The notes under the pieces were generated by a model that saw only the letters and a program-made list of their open reading frames with translations, was not told where the DNA came from and did not search any database. A DNA stretch of 64,000 bases from Coriobacteriia bacterium (lineage in GTDB: Bacteria > Actinomycetota > Coriobacteriia > Anaerosomatales > SLCP01), in assembly GCA_014859265.1 (NCBI GenBank), contig JACUUN010000004.1, positions 1,718 through 65,717 of the forward strand. The letters are read 5' to 3'. Shown one piece after another: positions 30,836 through 39,401 of the stretch; position 1 is the first letter of the stretch; the number at the start of each line of letters is the position of its first letter. The position numbers and the translations under genes are program-made.

Positions 30836-32413
30836 CTAGTACCGGTCGAGCAACCATTTGAGCGGGAGTACCGAGAACGCCACGATAACGAGTGCGGCGG
30901 GCGCGGCGAGGTAATAGACGGACTCGCTGGCCTCAACCCAGACCCGCACGGCGAGCGTGTCGAAGCCAGCCGGGCGCAGCAGGAGCGTGGCCGGCAGCTC
31001 CTTGATAGAGCTCACGAAGACGAGCGCGCCGCCCGCGAGCAGTCCCGGTCGGACGAGCGGCGTGATGACTCGCGCGATTACCGCGAGCGGCGAAAGCCCG
31101 GACACCCGTGCAGCCTCGTCAATCCTCGGCGAGACCAGCGCGAGACTCGAGCCGGTCGACTGCATCGCCTGGGGCAGGAAGCGCACCACGTACGCGAGCG
31201 AGATCATGCCTGCCGTGTTGTAGAGCCAGGGCAGGTAGCGGATGCCGAAGAAGATGAGCCCGAGCGCCACGATCACGCCGGGTAGCGCGTATCCCGCGTA
31301 CGCGAGCCGCTCGAGTGCGGCACTCGCCAGCGAGGCGTGACGTGAGCGCAGGTAGACTACGGGCAGCGCGGCGACCATGCTCACGAGCGCGGCGCCCCCG
31401 GCCACCTGGGCGGTGTTGAGCGCGTAACCCCAGAAGCGGGCGTCGAGCGCGCCTTCGGCCACGCCGATGACCGACCAATAGACGAGCACGCCCACGGGCA
31501 GGAGAACCGAGATCGTGAGGACCGCGACGACGAATCCCAGCGCGGTCCAGCGCCAACCGCCAAGCTCGACGAGGTCGGCGGGGCGAGGTGCACCGGAGGG
31601 GTGAAAGCGGGCGCGGCGTCGCCCGAACGTCTCGGCACCGAGAACGAGCAGAGTGAGCGCGATCAGGACGACTGAGAGCACCGTTGCCGAGAGCGTGTCG
31701 AACCCGCCCATCTGGTAGTAGATGGCCGACGTGAAGGTCGTGTAGCGCAGCGTCGCCACGGCGCCGAAATCGGAGAGCACGTAGAGGATCACGAGCACCG
31801 CGCCGGCCCCGATCGCCGAACGCAGCATCGGGAGCGTGATGCGCCGCAGCACGCCGAGGGGGCCGAGGCCGAGCGAGCGCGCCGCCTCCTCATGCGCCCT
31901 GCCCATGCGTGAGAGCGCAGCTCCGGTGACAAGGAAGACGTAGGGGTAGGTGAAGACCGCGAGCACGAAGAGTGCGCCCGCGAACGAATAGATGCTCACC
32001 GGTGGCGGTGCGCCGAGCCAGTCGCGCACCCAGCCTCTCGGCCCGAGGACGACGATGTAGGCGATCGCGCCGACGTATGGAGGGATGGCGAGCGGCAGAG
32101 CGAGTGTCCAGCGCCAGATGCGCTGGCCCGGCAGATCGGTCCGGTGCACCAGCCATGCGAGTGCCACACCGAGAGCCACCGCGATGGCCGTCACGCCGAC
32201 AGCGAGCGAGACGGTGCTCCACAACAATCCGGGCACGCGGGTGTCGAGCAGGCGGGCCCAGCGGTCCACACCGGCGAACGCCGAGCGCCACACAACGTAG
32301 GCGACCGGCATCGCCATCACAATGGCAATGAGCGCTGCCACAACGGACAGCCGCCCGTCGGGCGGCTGTCCGTTCCAGGCTCGCGCCCGGATGCGTGCCA
32401 GCGTAGCTTTCAC
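30836..32413 (-). CDS. ABC transporter permease, duplicated two-domain type (Fe3+ FbpB-like)
   Basis: 525 aa with two tandem permease modules. Confidence 0.85.
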   Translation of the reverse strand: MKATLARIRARAWNGQPPDGRLSVVAALIAIVMAMPVAYVVWRSAFAGVDRWARLLDTRVPGLLWSTVSLAVGVTAIAVALGVALAWLVHRTDLPGQRIWRWTLALPLAIPPYVGAIAYIVVLGPRGWVRDWLGAPPPVSIYSFAGALFVLAVFTYPYVFLVTGAALSRMGRAHEEAARSLGLGPLGVLRRITLPMLRSAIGAGAVLVILYVLSDFGAVATLRYTTFTSAIYYQMGGFDTLSATVLSVVLIALTLLVLGAETFGRRRARFHPSGAPRPADLVELGGWRWTALGFVVAVLTISVLLPVGVLVYWSVIGVAEGALDARFWGYALNTAQVAGGAALVSMVAALPVVYLRSRHASLASAALERLAYAGYALPGVIVALGLIFFGIRYLPWLYNTAGMISLAYVVRFLPQAMQSTGSSLALVSPRIDEAARVSGLSPLAVIARVITPLVRPGLLAGGALVFVSSIKELPATLLLRPAGFDTLAVRVWVEASESVYYLAAPAALVIVAFSVLPLKWLLDRY

Positions 32414-32422
32414 ACGTCCTGC

Positions 32423-33493
32423 CTACTTGAGCTCAAGGTCGAGTCCGGCGCGCTCGATGAGCGTGCGGGTGTCCTCCCATACGGTACCCAGTTCGCGCAG
32501 GGGCATAGCGTGCACGACGTAGTCGCTGATCGGACGGGCCTCGGGCACCGCTTCAATCTCGGGGTTGATCGGCACCTCGAGCGATGCCCAACTGAACTCA
32601 CGCTGGTTCTCGGGCAACAACACCCACTCGAGGAAGACCCGCGCCGCCTCAGGATTCGGGCCACCGGCGACCATGCCGACCCCGGCACCGTTGACGACAG
32701 CTCCCATCTCACCGGGACCCTGGTCGGGGTAGACCACGCCGACGTTGTTGCCGGTCGGCTCGGCAAGCTGCTGGTGGTAGTAGTAGTTGTTAACGAGGCC
32801 GAAGGCGAACTCACCCGCTCCTACCGCACGGCGAATGTCGCCATGGCCTTCCATTATCGCGCCGGCGTTCTCTTTAAGGGCGGCGATCCACTCCTCGGTC
32901 CGCTCATCGCCCCACTCGTAGCGCAGCGCTGAGACGTGACCGATCATGCCCGAGTTACCGCCGCGCGTGATGGCGAACATGCCCCCGTAAGCAGGGTCAG
33001 TGAGATCCTCGATGCGGCTCGGGATCTCCTCCTCGGAGACGAGATCCTTGTTGTACATGAGCACGCGAGTGCGGGCTGAGAGCGCTATCCACGAATCGTC
33101 GGAAGCACGGTAACCGGCGTTGATGCTCTCGATGCCTTCGACCTCGCCAGGTGAGGCGAGCAGGCCTTCCAGGCGCAGGTATTCGAGCGCGCCGATGTCG
33201 TTGGCGATGACGATGTCAGCCTGGACGTTGCCAGCCTCCTCCTTGAGTTTGTTGACGACTGCGTCACCGGCGTGAAGCACGGAGACCTCGATGCCGGTGT
33301 CAGCAGTGAACTTCTCGAGTAGCGGGTCGACGAACTTTTCGTTGCGCGAGGAGTAGACGACGAGAGACTCGGGTGTAGAGACCTCGGGGGCCTCGGCGGG
33401 GGTGCTATCTCTTCCGGTGCACCCTGCAAGCGCTGCGGAAGCAAGCAGGAAGATGCCGAGGAGCAGCACGATGGACAAACGGGAACGGGACAT
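32423..33493 (-). CDS. ABC transporter substrate-binding lipoprotein (Fe3+ AfuA/FbpA-like)
   Basis: MSRSRLSIVLLLGIFLLASAALAGC is a lipobox signal. It is followed by VVYSSRNEKFVDPLLEKFTADTGIEV... A GGAGG RBS precedes the ATG at 33493. Confidence 0.85.
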   Translation of the reverse strand: MSRSRLSIVLLLGIFLLASAALAGCTGRDSTPAEAPEVSTPESLVVYSSRNEKFVDPLLEKFTADTGIEVSVLHAGDAVVNKLKEEAGNVQADIVIANDIGALEYLRLEGLLASPGEVEGIESINAGYRASDDSWIALSARTRVLMYNKDLVSEEEIPSRIEDLTDPAYGGMFAITRGGNSGMIGHVSALRYEWGDERTEEWIAALKENAGAIMEGHGDIRRAVGAGEFAFGLVNNYYYHQQLAEPTGNNVGVVYPDQGPGEMGAVVNGAGVGMVAGGPNPEAARVFLEWVLLPENQREFSWASLEVPINPEIEAVPEARPISDYVVHAMPLRELGTVWEDTRTLIERAGLDLELK

Positions 33494-33566
33494 TGGTGGA
33501 CCTCCATGTGTTGCGGGGTAGGATAGCGATAACTGCTTTGCCAATGCGTCTCAATTGCCTTCGTAC

Positions 33567-33595
33567 ATACTAAGTCTCGGCAACGCGATCGTCAA
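33567..33595 (-). promoter_or_regulatory. Candidate sigma70-type promoter of the ABC importer operon
   Basis: Minus strand reads TTGACG (33590-33595), 17 nt spacer, TAGTAT (33567-33572). Confidence 0.5.
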
Positions 33596-33621
33596 CCCTT
33601 AGCGACTGGGACGGCTTGATC

Positions 33622-33652
33622 GGGGTGGCCGGACGGAGACGCTCCCCACCCC
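33622..33652 (-). terminator. Hairpin immediately after the cytochrome gene stop
   Basis: Minus strand GGGGTGG-GGAGCGTCTCC-GTCCGG-CCACCCC has a 7-bp outer stem with an inner GGAG/CTCC stem. Confidence 0.45.
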
Positions 33653-34854
33653 TAGTAGCGGCTCGCCTTCGTGCCGCGCACGTGACACACGGAGCAGAAC
33701 AACTCCTGGTGGCACTGATAGCAGTCGGTCAAGATGTCGGTGGCGCGTGCAGCTTCATCGTGCTCCGCGACCCAGGGTCTGCTCGGGTCGCCCGCCGAGT
33801 GGTGGCACTGGTCGCATGCGGTCGCGTTGAGAGCGGCGTCCCCTGTCTTGTTGTGGCACCGCGCGCACATCTCCGCGTCGGCATCGCCGAGGGCGGCGTG
33901 CTGCTCGGTGAACCCGGCCGGGTGCGGCATCTCGAGCCCGTGACACCCCTCGCAGAAGGTCGTGGTCACGTGGCACGTCGAGCACTCGTTCACGACCCCT
34001 GCGGGCGGCAGGTCCGCCAGCTCCCCATGCGGAATGCGCAGGAGGCGTGAGAGGAACATCGGGCGCTTCTCGCGCAGCTTCGACTCGACCTCGGCCCAGA
34101 ACTCCTCGGCAGCTGTAGTCTTGCTCGTCTCGGCAGCTGCCATGCGCGCATGCCCGGACGAGTCACCGTACTCAGTGTAGAAGTCCTCGGCGCCGTGACT
34201 CGGCGGCACGAGCTCGAACCCGGGCGTGTGACACGCGCTGCACGCGCCCGGCGCGGTGAACTCGCTCGGCGAGGGGCCGGCGAGCGTGTGGCAGCGGAAG
34301 CAGGCGGTCATCGTCATGAAGTCCTCGTGCTTCTCGTTACCGGGAAGCACGAGGTCGAATACTTCGGGATGAGCGACGCGGTTGTGGCAGATCGAGCAGA
34401 CGATCTCGGCGTCTGCGTGCACTGTATGGTCGATCAGGACGCCCGCCGAGGGCGTGATGGTGCGGTTGTCGAGGTTGTGGCATTGCGTGCACTGACCCTC
34501 GGGCATCGAGAGCGCGATGTAGGACGCCTCGTTGAGCGGCATGTGGAACGAGTTCGTGAGTACGTGCCAGACGTCGGGGAGTTTCTCGGCCTTCTCGGCT
34601 GTGAAACGGATGCCATCCAGGTTCGCCGGGATGTGGCACGCCAGGCACGAGATGTTCGCGTGGCTCGACGCGAAGTACTGCTTTGCATTGTCGTAGTGCA
34701 CCACATGGCACACGTCGTTGCAGAACCAGCGCGTTGAGGTGCTCGCGAGCGAACCGACGGTGACCGTGATGAGCACAATCAGCGCGACTCCCGCCCACAT
34801 GATGTGACGCGGTCGGCGAACGGGATCCGCGAATCCGGCGAGCGGGTTGCGCAT
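33652..34854 (-). CDS. Membrane-anchored dodecahaem c-type cytochrome (NapC/NirT-like N-terminus)
   Basis: 400 aa with an N-terminal TM helix (IMWAGVALIVLITVTVGSLA) and 12 CxxCH motifs counted by eye: CNDVCH, CLACH, CTQCH, CSICH, CFRCH, CSACH, CSTCH, CEGCH, CARCH, CDQCH, CYQCH, CSVCH. GAGGAGGAG RBS. Confidence 0.85.
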   Translation of the reverse strand: MRNPLAGFADPVRRPRHIMWAGVALIVLITVTVGSLASTSTRWFCNDVCHVVHYDNAKQYFASSHANISCLACHIPANLDGIRFTAEKAEKLPDVWHVLTNSFHMPLNEASYIALSMPEGQCTQCHNLDNRTITPSAGVLIDHTVHADAEIVCSICHNRVAHPEVFDLVLPGNEKHEDFMTMTACFRCHTLAGPSPSEFTAPGACSACHTPGFELVPPSHGAEDFYTEYGDSSGHARMAAAETSKTTAAEEFWAEVESKLREKRPMFLSRLLRIPHGELADLPPAGVVNECSTCHVTTTFCEGCHGLEMPHPAGFTEQHAALGDADAEMCARCHNKTGDAALNATACDQCHHSAGDPSRPWVAEHDEAARATDILTDCYQCHQELFCSVCHVRGTKASRY

Positions 34855-35009
34855 CGGCTCCTCCTCAGCAGTACGCCCCTGTCATTCTACCCCGAGCGCG
34901 TGCGCCCCGTGTCGGGGTCACTCTGCCGCTCTGCACACCCTTCCTCCAGACGTTCGAGACTCTGGCGTGGCTTGCACAGGGCTCCTCTCCGCCACTGCGT
35001 CGCACGCGA

Positions 35010-35564
35010 CTACCGGAGTGTGACCGCGATGCTGACCGGATCGCCCTCGGCTGGCTGGAATATGAGCCCGAGCGGGGATTCGGCACGCTCTTCGGGGATG
35101 CTGAACACCGCCTTGAGGTCCTCCGTCTCGCCCGCCGGGATGAGGCGCTCGGGCGTGAGTTCAGGACCGGTCATGAGCGGCAGCGTATAGGCGGTCCCGT
35201 CCGAGACCATGAAGTCGCTCGGGGTCACCATGAGGTCCGACCTCGAGGAGTTCGTCAGGTCGATCTCGAGTTTGAGGAGTGTGCCGCTCTCGACCGCGAG
35301 GTCGCCGAAAGAACGAGCGTACTCAGCCTCTCGCACCACCAGCGTCCACGGTCCTGCCGTGCCTGCCTCACCGAGCTCAATCGAGACGACCTCCGACTCG
35401 GTTGGCGGCGGTACCGCTGGTGTCACAACCTCGGAAGGCGGAGTTGCAGAGTCCGCGGGAACAGTGGCGGCGGGTTCGTCCCCCCGAGGAAGCGCGCAGC
35501 CGGCGAGCGCCGTGCTCAGCAGTAGCACGGACAGCAAGAGTAGCGCGTTCAGGTGGCGTCTCAT
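35010..35564 (-). CDS. Lipoprotein, DUF4352-like immunoglobulin-fold domain
   Basis: MRRHLNALLLLSVLLLSTALAGC is a lipobox signal. It is followed by a Pro/Thr linker, then ...LLKLEIDLTNSSRSDLMVTPSDFMVSDG... Confidence 0.6.
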   Translation of the reverse strand: MRRHLNALLLLSVLLLSTALAGCALPRGDEPAATVPADSATPPSEVVTPAVPPPTESEVVSIELGEAGTAGPWTLVVREAEYARSFGDLAVESGTLLKLEIDLTNSSRSDLMVTPSDFMVSDGTAYTLPLMTGPELTPERLIPAGETEDLKAVFSIPEERAESPLGLIFQPAEGDPVSIAVTLR

Positions 35565-35843
35565 TGAATCTCCCGCCGAAGACTGTGTTTCCGGGAACAC
35601 CCGGCATACCCGCAAGTCTATACCCGAGCCCGGCGCACGGCAGCATGCCCGGCTACGGAAGCAGCTCGAGTGCGGACGCGCTCGGCCAGGTCCGTCGCAG
35701 TGTCATCGTCTGAGACCACGCCGATCAGCGAGTCCACCCCGCGCGGATTCTCCCTCGACCCGGACGTCCGTCACCGGCATCGCAACCCCGTCGCCATTTC
35801 GAGTAGCATTAGACACAGACCTGTCGAATACCTAGGGGACCGA

Positions 35844-36782
35844 ATGCGCATCGCAATCGCCGGGGGGACCGGCTTCATCGGCCGTGAACTCACGCGCCAG
35901 TTAATCGACGCCAGGCACGACATCGTCTGGCTCTCCCGGTGCCCGGGGCGTGTTCGAGAACTCGGGTTCGACCCGGACACGCTTGACGAGGAGCTCTTCA
36001 ACCACCGCAATCCGGACGGCGCATGGAGGGCCGAGGTCGCCGCTGCCGACACCGTCGTGAACCTCTCAGGCCACCCCATCGCCTCCCGCTGGAACGCCAA
36101 GGTCAAGCACCTCCTGCGCGAGAGCCGCGTCGGGACCAACCAGGCGCTCGTGTCCGCGCTGGCCGAGGCCGCGCGGATCGACCCCGACCGCCCGCGCGTG
36201 TTCGTGAGCGCGTCGGGTGTGGGCATCTACGGAGACCGAGGCGACGAACTTCTCGGCGAGAGCTCAGAACCCGGTGCGGATTGGCTCGCCACGCTGGCGT
36301 GCGAGTGGGAGGCCTCGGCCCGTGAGGCCGAACGCAGCAGCGGCACCCGGGTGGTGTGCATCCGCACCGGACTCGTGCTCGGCGAGGAGGGTCTAATCCC
36401 CCGCCTCGCCCTGCCGATGAGGCTCTTCGTGGGAGGCCCCGTCGGCAGCGGCCGGCAGTGGGCCACGTGGATACACGTCGAGGACGTCGCTGCAATCTAC
36501 CGGCATGCGATAGAGTCGCCGCAGCTCGCCGGGCCGGTGAACGCCTGCGCGCCCGATCCGGTGCGGATGCGCGATCTTGCGGCGACACTCGGCCGTGCGA
36601 TGGGCCGACCTTCGTGGTTGCCCATTCCGGGTATCGCGCTCAAGCTGGTGCTCGGCGAGGTCGCACCGTACATGCTCTACAGCCAGCGTGCCGAACCGCG
36701 AGCGCTCGATGACACCTCGTTCACGTACCGATTCCCCGAGCTGGAGGCGGCGATGGCCGATGTGGTGGGACGCCGGGGCTAG
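35844..36782 (+). CDS. TIGR01777/YfcH-family NAD-dependent epimerase/dehydratase (with DUF1731 C-terminus)
   Basis: MRIAIAGGTGFIGRELTRQL...ASGVGIYG...GSGRQWATWIHVEDV..., 312 aa from the ATG at 35844. Confidence 0.8.
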   Translation: MRIAIAGGTGFIGRELTRQLIDARHDIVWLSRCPGRVRELGFDPDTLDEELFNHRNPDGAWRAEVAAADTVVNLSGHPIASRWNAKVKHLLRESRVGTNQALVSALAEAARIDPDRPRVFVSASGVGIYGDRGDELLGESSEPGADWLATLACEWEASAREAERSSGTRVVCIRTGLVLGEEGLIPRLALPMRLFVGGPVGSGRQWATWIHVEDVAAIYRHAIESPQLAGPVNACAPDPVRMRDLAATLGRAMGRPSWLPIPGIALKLVLGEVAPYMLYSQRAEPRALDDTSFTYRFPELEAAMADVVGRRG

Positions 36783-36833
36783 GCAGAGCCCCGGCGGGCA
36801 TATACCGGTAGAGACTACGGGAGGAGAACCGTC

Positions 36834-37352
36834 ATGGATGCACAACGCATCACCCGAGTCGCGCTCGTGCTTCTTCTCACCCTTGCGCTCGTTGCCATGG
36901 TTAGCGGTTGTCAGCGAGCAGCCGAGAGGGCCGTCGAGGAAGCCACCGGCGTGAAGGTCGACGAGGACGGTGAACGGGTCACGGTCACGGGACCGGAAGG
37001 CGAGCAGGCCGAGTTTGGAGCCGGAGCCTCACTGCCGGAGGGCTGGCCTGAGGACCACCCCGTCTACGAGCCCGCTACGATTGAATCCTCGATGGTGTTC
37101 TCGGGCGACGAGGGCAGCCAGTTCACCGTGTCAGTGACAACCGGTGACGCGTTCGCCGATGTTCTCGCCTGGTACAAGAAGGCGGCCGGCGACGAAGGGT
37201 GGAACATCGAGAGCGAGGGCACACTCGACATGGATGGGGTCGCCTCAGGTTACCTGTACCTGAACAAGGGCACCACGAGCAGCAGCGTCAGCATAGCCCA
37301 GGGCGATGATGGTGATGACGTCATGATCACGATGATCGTGACGGTGCCGTAG
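36834..37352 (+). CDS. Lipoprotein, function unknown
   Basis: MDAQRITRVALVLLLTLALVAMVSGC is a lipobox signal. The remainder is acidic, 172 aa in total. Confidence 0.6.
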   Translation: MDAQRITRVALVLLLTLALVAMVSGCQRAAERAVEEATGVKVDEDGERVTVTGPEGEQAEFGAGASLPEGWPEDHPVYEPATIESSMVFSGDEGSQFTVSVTTGDAFADVLAWYKKAAGDEGWNIESEGTLDMDGVASGYLYLNKGTTSSSVSIAQGDDGDDVMITMIVTVP

Positions 37353-37801
37353 GGAGTGTACGTGGAGGTCGGACGGCGCAGGTTTCACGCACCCTGGACA
37401 CAAAAGTGTCCCGAGAAATCTCCCCCTGCGAGACCCGCTACTCCGTAGCTTCCCGTTTCACACCATTGGAGACTTCGACCGGACCGACCCCACTCGCGCG
37501 TGGCCAACCTTCTGAAGCTCCGCCGGCAGCTACTGGTACGCTACTTTCCGCGGCTCGCCCGGTTCAACCTCTCGGGACAATCACGACTCTATCCGACCCT
37601 CCCGGGGTGCGCAAGAGGTTTCTCGCAAAACGTGCGACTTGCTGACGAATGGGTTCTTGGACTCGATGAACGGTGAGCCTCGACCGCCTAGTGGCGCTAA
37701 ACGGTGCACCGGCATTCTGCGGCACGGGACCGGGCGTTTACCACATCACGGGCCGGATTCCACCCCACCGGACCGATTACGAGAGCAGCCCCATCGGGCG
37801 C

Positions 37802-39331
37802 CTACTCGGCCAGCTTCCTGGCCAGTACCTCGTTCACGACCTTGGGGTTGGCCTGGCCGCCCATCTCGCGCATGACCTGGCCCACGAAGTAACCAATGAT
37901 CCCGGTCTTTCCACCGCGATACTGCTCGACCTGCCCGGGGTTGGCAACAAGCACTCGGTCGACGATTTCCTCGATAGCACCGGTGTCGGAGACCTGCTTC
38001 ATGCCGCGGAGCTCGACGATGGCGCCGGGCGCGTCACCGGTCTCGGCCATCTCGGCGAAGACCTCCTTAGCCTGCTTGCTCGAGATGGTCCCCTCGTCGA
38101 CGAGCGCGACCAACTCGGCGACCATCGACGGCACGACTTTGGACTCGGCCACGCCGATGCCCGCAGCATTCAGGTGCATGGAGAGGTCGTTGAGCATGAC
38201 GTTGCTGACGGCCTTGGCCCGCTCGGGGCCGGAGATGGTGACTGCGGCCTCGAAGAACTCGGCCATGTCGAGATCCTCGCCGGTCAGCACGGTGGCGTCA
38301 TGCACCGGAATCCCGTAGGTGGCAATGAGGCGCTTCTTCTTCTCGTCGGGCAGCTCGGACAGTGTGGCCCGCACCGACTCGATCCACTCGGCGGTGAACT
38401 CGAAGGGCACCATGTCAGGCTCGGGAAAGTAACGGTAGTCGTGCGCCTCCTCCTTGGAGCGAAGGCTGCTCGTGCGCTTGGCGCCGGCGTCCCAGTGGCG
38501 GGTCTCCTGCACGACCCTCCCGCCGCTCTCCAGCTCCTCGGCCTGGCGCACGATCTCGTAGGCGAGTGCGTCGTGCAGCGCCTTGAAGGAGTTCATGTTC
38601 TTGACCTCGGCCTTGGTGCCGAACTCGCTCTCGCCGCGCGGGCGCACGCTCACGTTCGCGTCCACGCGCATCGAGCCCTCCTCCATGTTGCAGTCGGAGA
38701 TGCCGAGTGTGAGCCAGATGAGGCGGAGCTTCTGCGCGAAACGGCGCGCCTCTTCCGGCGTGCGGATGTCAGGCTCGCTCACGAGCTCGATCAGCCCGGT
38801 GCCGGCACGGTTGAAATCGACGAGACTGTGGGTGGCGCCCGATATGCGGCCCTCGCTCCCGCCGACGTGGATCATCTTGCCCGTGTCCTCTTCCAGGTGG
38901 ATGCGGGTGATGCCGATGTGCGTCGTGTAGGCACCGTCGCGGTCGGGACGCTGGGGAGCACCTTCGGGCTCGATGTCTATCTCGACGAAACCGTCGACGC
39001 AGAACGGCAGGTCGTACTGGGAGATCTGGTAGTTCTTCGGCATGTCGGGATAGAAGTAGTTCTTGCGGTGGAACTGGCTCCACTCGGCGATCTCACAGTT
39101 CGTGGCAAGCCCGGCGAGTACGGTCGCCTCGATGGCCGCCTGGTTGGGCACAGGCAGCGCTCCGGGCATGCCGAGGCAGACCGGGCAGACCCGTGTGTTC
39201 GGCTCGCCACCGAATGCCACCGGACACCCGCAGAACATCTTGGTGTTGAGCGTGGTGAGCTCGGTGTGGATCTCCAGACCGATGACGGCCTCCCAGCGCT
39301 CGAGCACGCTCGCCAGACGATCCTTCGCCAC
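37802..39331 (-). CDS. gatB: Asp-tRNA(Asn)/Glu-tRNA(Gln) amidotransferase subunit B
   Basis: ...WEAVIGLEIHTELTTLNTKMFCGCPVAFGGEPNTRVCPVCLGMPGALPV... GTG start at 39329-39331 with an AAAGGGGAG RBS 7 nt upstream. The track ORF extends 55 codons further. Confidence 0.92.
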   Translation of the reverse strand: MAKDRLASVLERWEAVIGLEIHTELTTLNTKMFCGCPVAFGGEPNTRVCPVCLGMPGALPVPNQAAIEATVLAGLATNCEIAEWSQFHRKNYFYPDMPKNYQISQYDLPFCVDGFVEIDIEPEGAPQRPDRDGAYTTHIGITRIHLEEDTGKMIHVGGSEGRISGATHSLVDFNRAGTGLIELVSEPDIRTPEEARRFAQKLRLIWLTLGISDCNMEEGSMRVDANVSVRPRGESEFGTKAEVKNMNSFKALHDALAYEIVRQAEELESGGRVVQETRHWDAGAKRTSSLRSKEEAHDYRYFPEPDMVPFEFTAEWIESVRATLSELPDEKKKRLIATYGIPVHDATVLTGEDLDMAEFFEAAVTISGPERAKAVSNVMLNDLSMHLNAAGIGVAESKVVPSMVAELVALVDEGTISSKQAKEVFAEMAETGDAPGAIVELRGMKQVSDTGAIEEIVDRVLVANPGQVEQYRGGKTGIIGYFVGQVMREMGGQANPKVVNEVLARKLAE

Positions 39332-39401
39332 GTGGGCACTCCCCTTTGCTCGGTCGGTGCAACCGATTCTACCCGAAGAGGGGCGGCAAACGGCGCTGGC
39401 C

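Noticed and set aside
37353-37801. tmRNA, RNase P RNA, SRP RNA, cobalamin riboswitch or group II intron domain V in the large gap after gatB.
   Set aside because: None of the family-defining strings I know are present on either strand. The short match AAGUCGCACGU to intron domain V lacks the flanking helix. The element is left unassigned rather than named.
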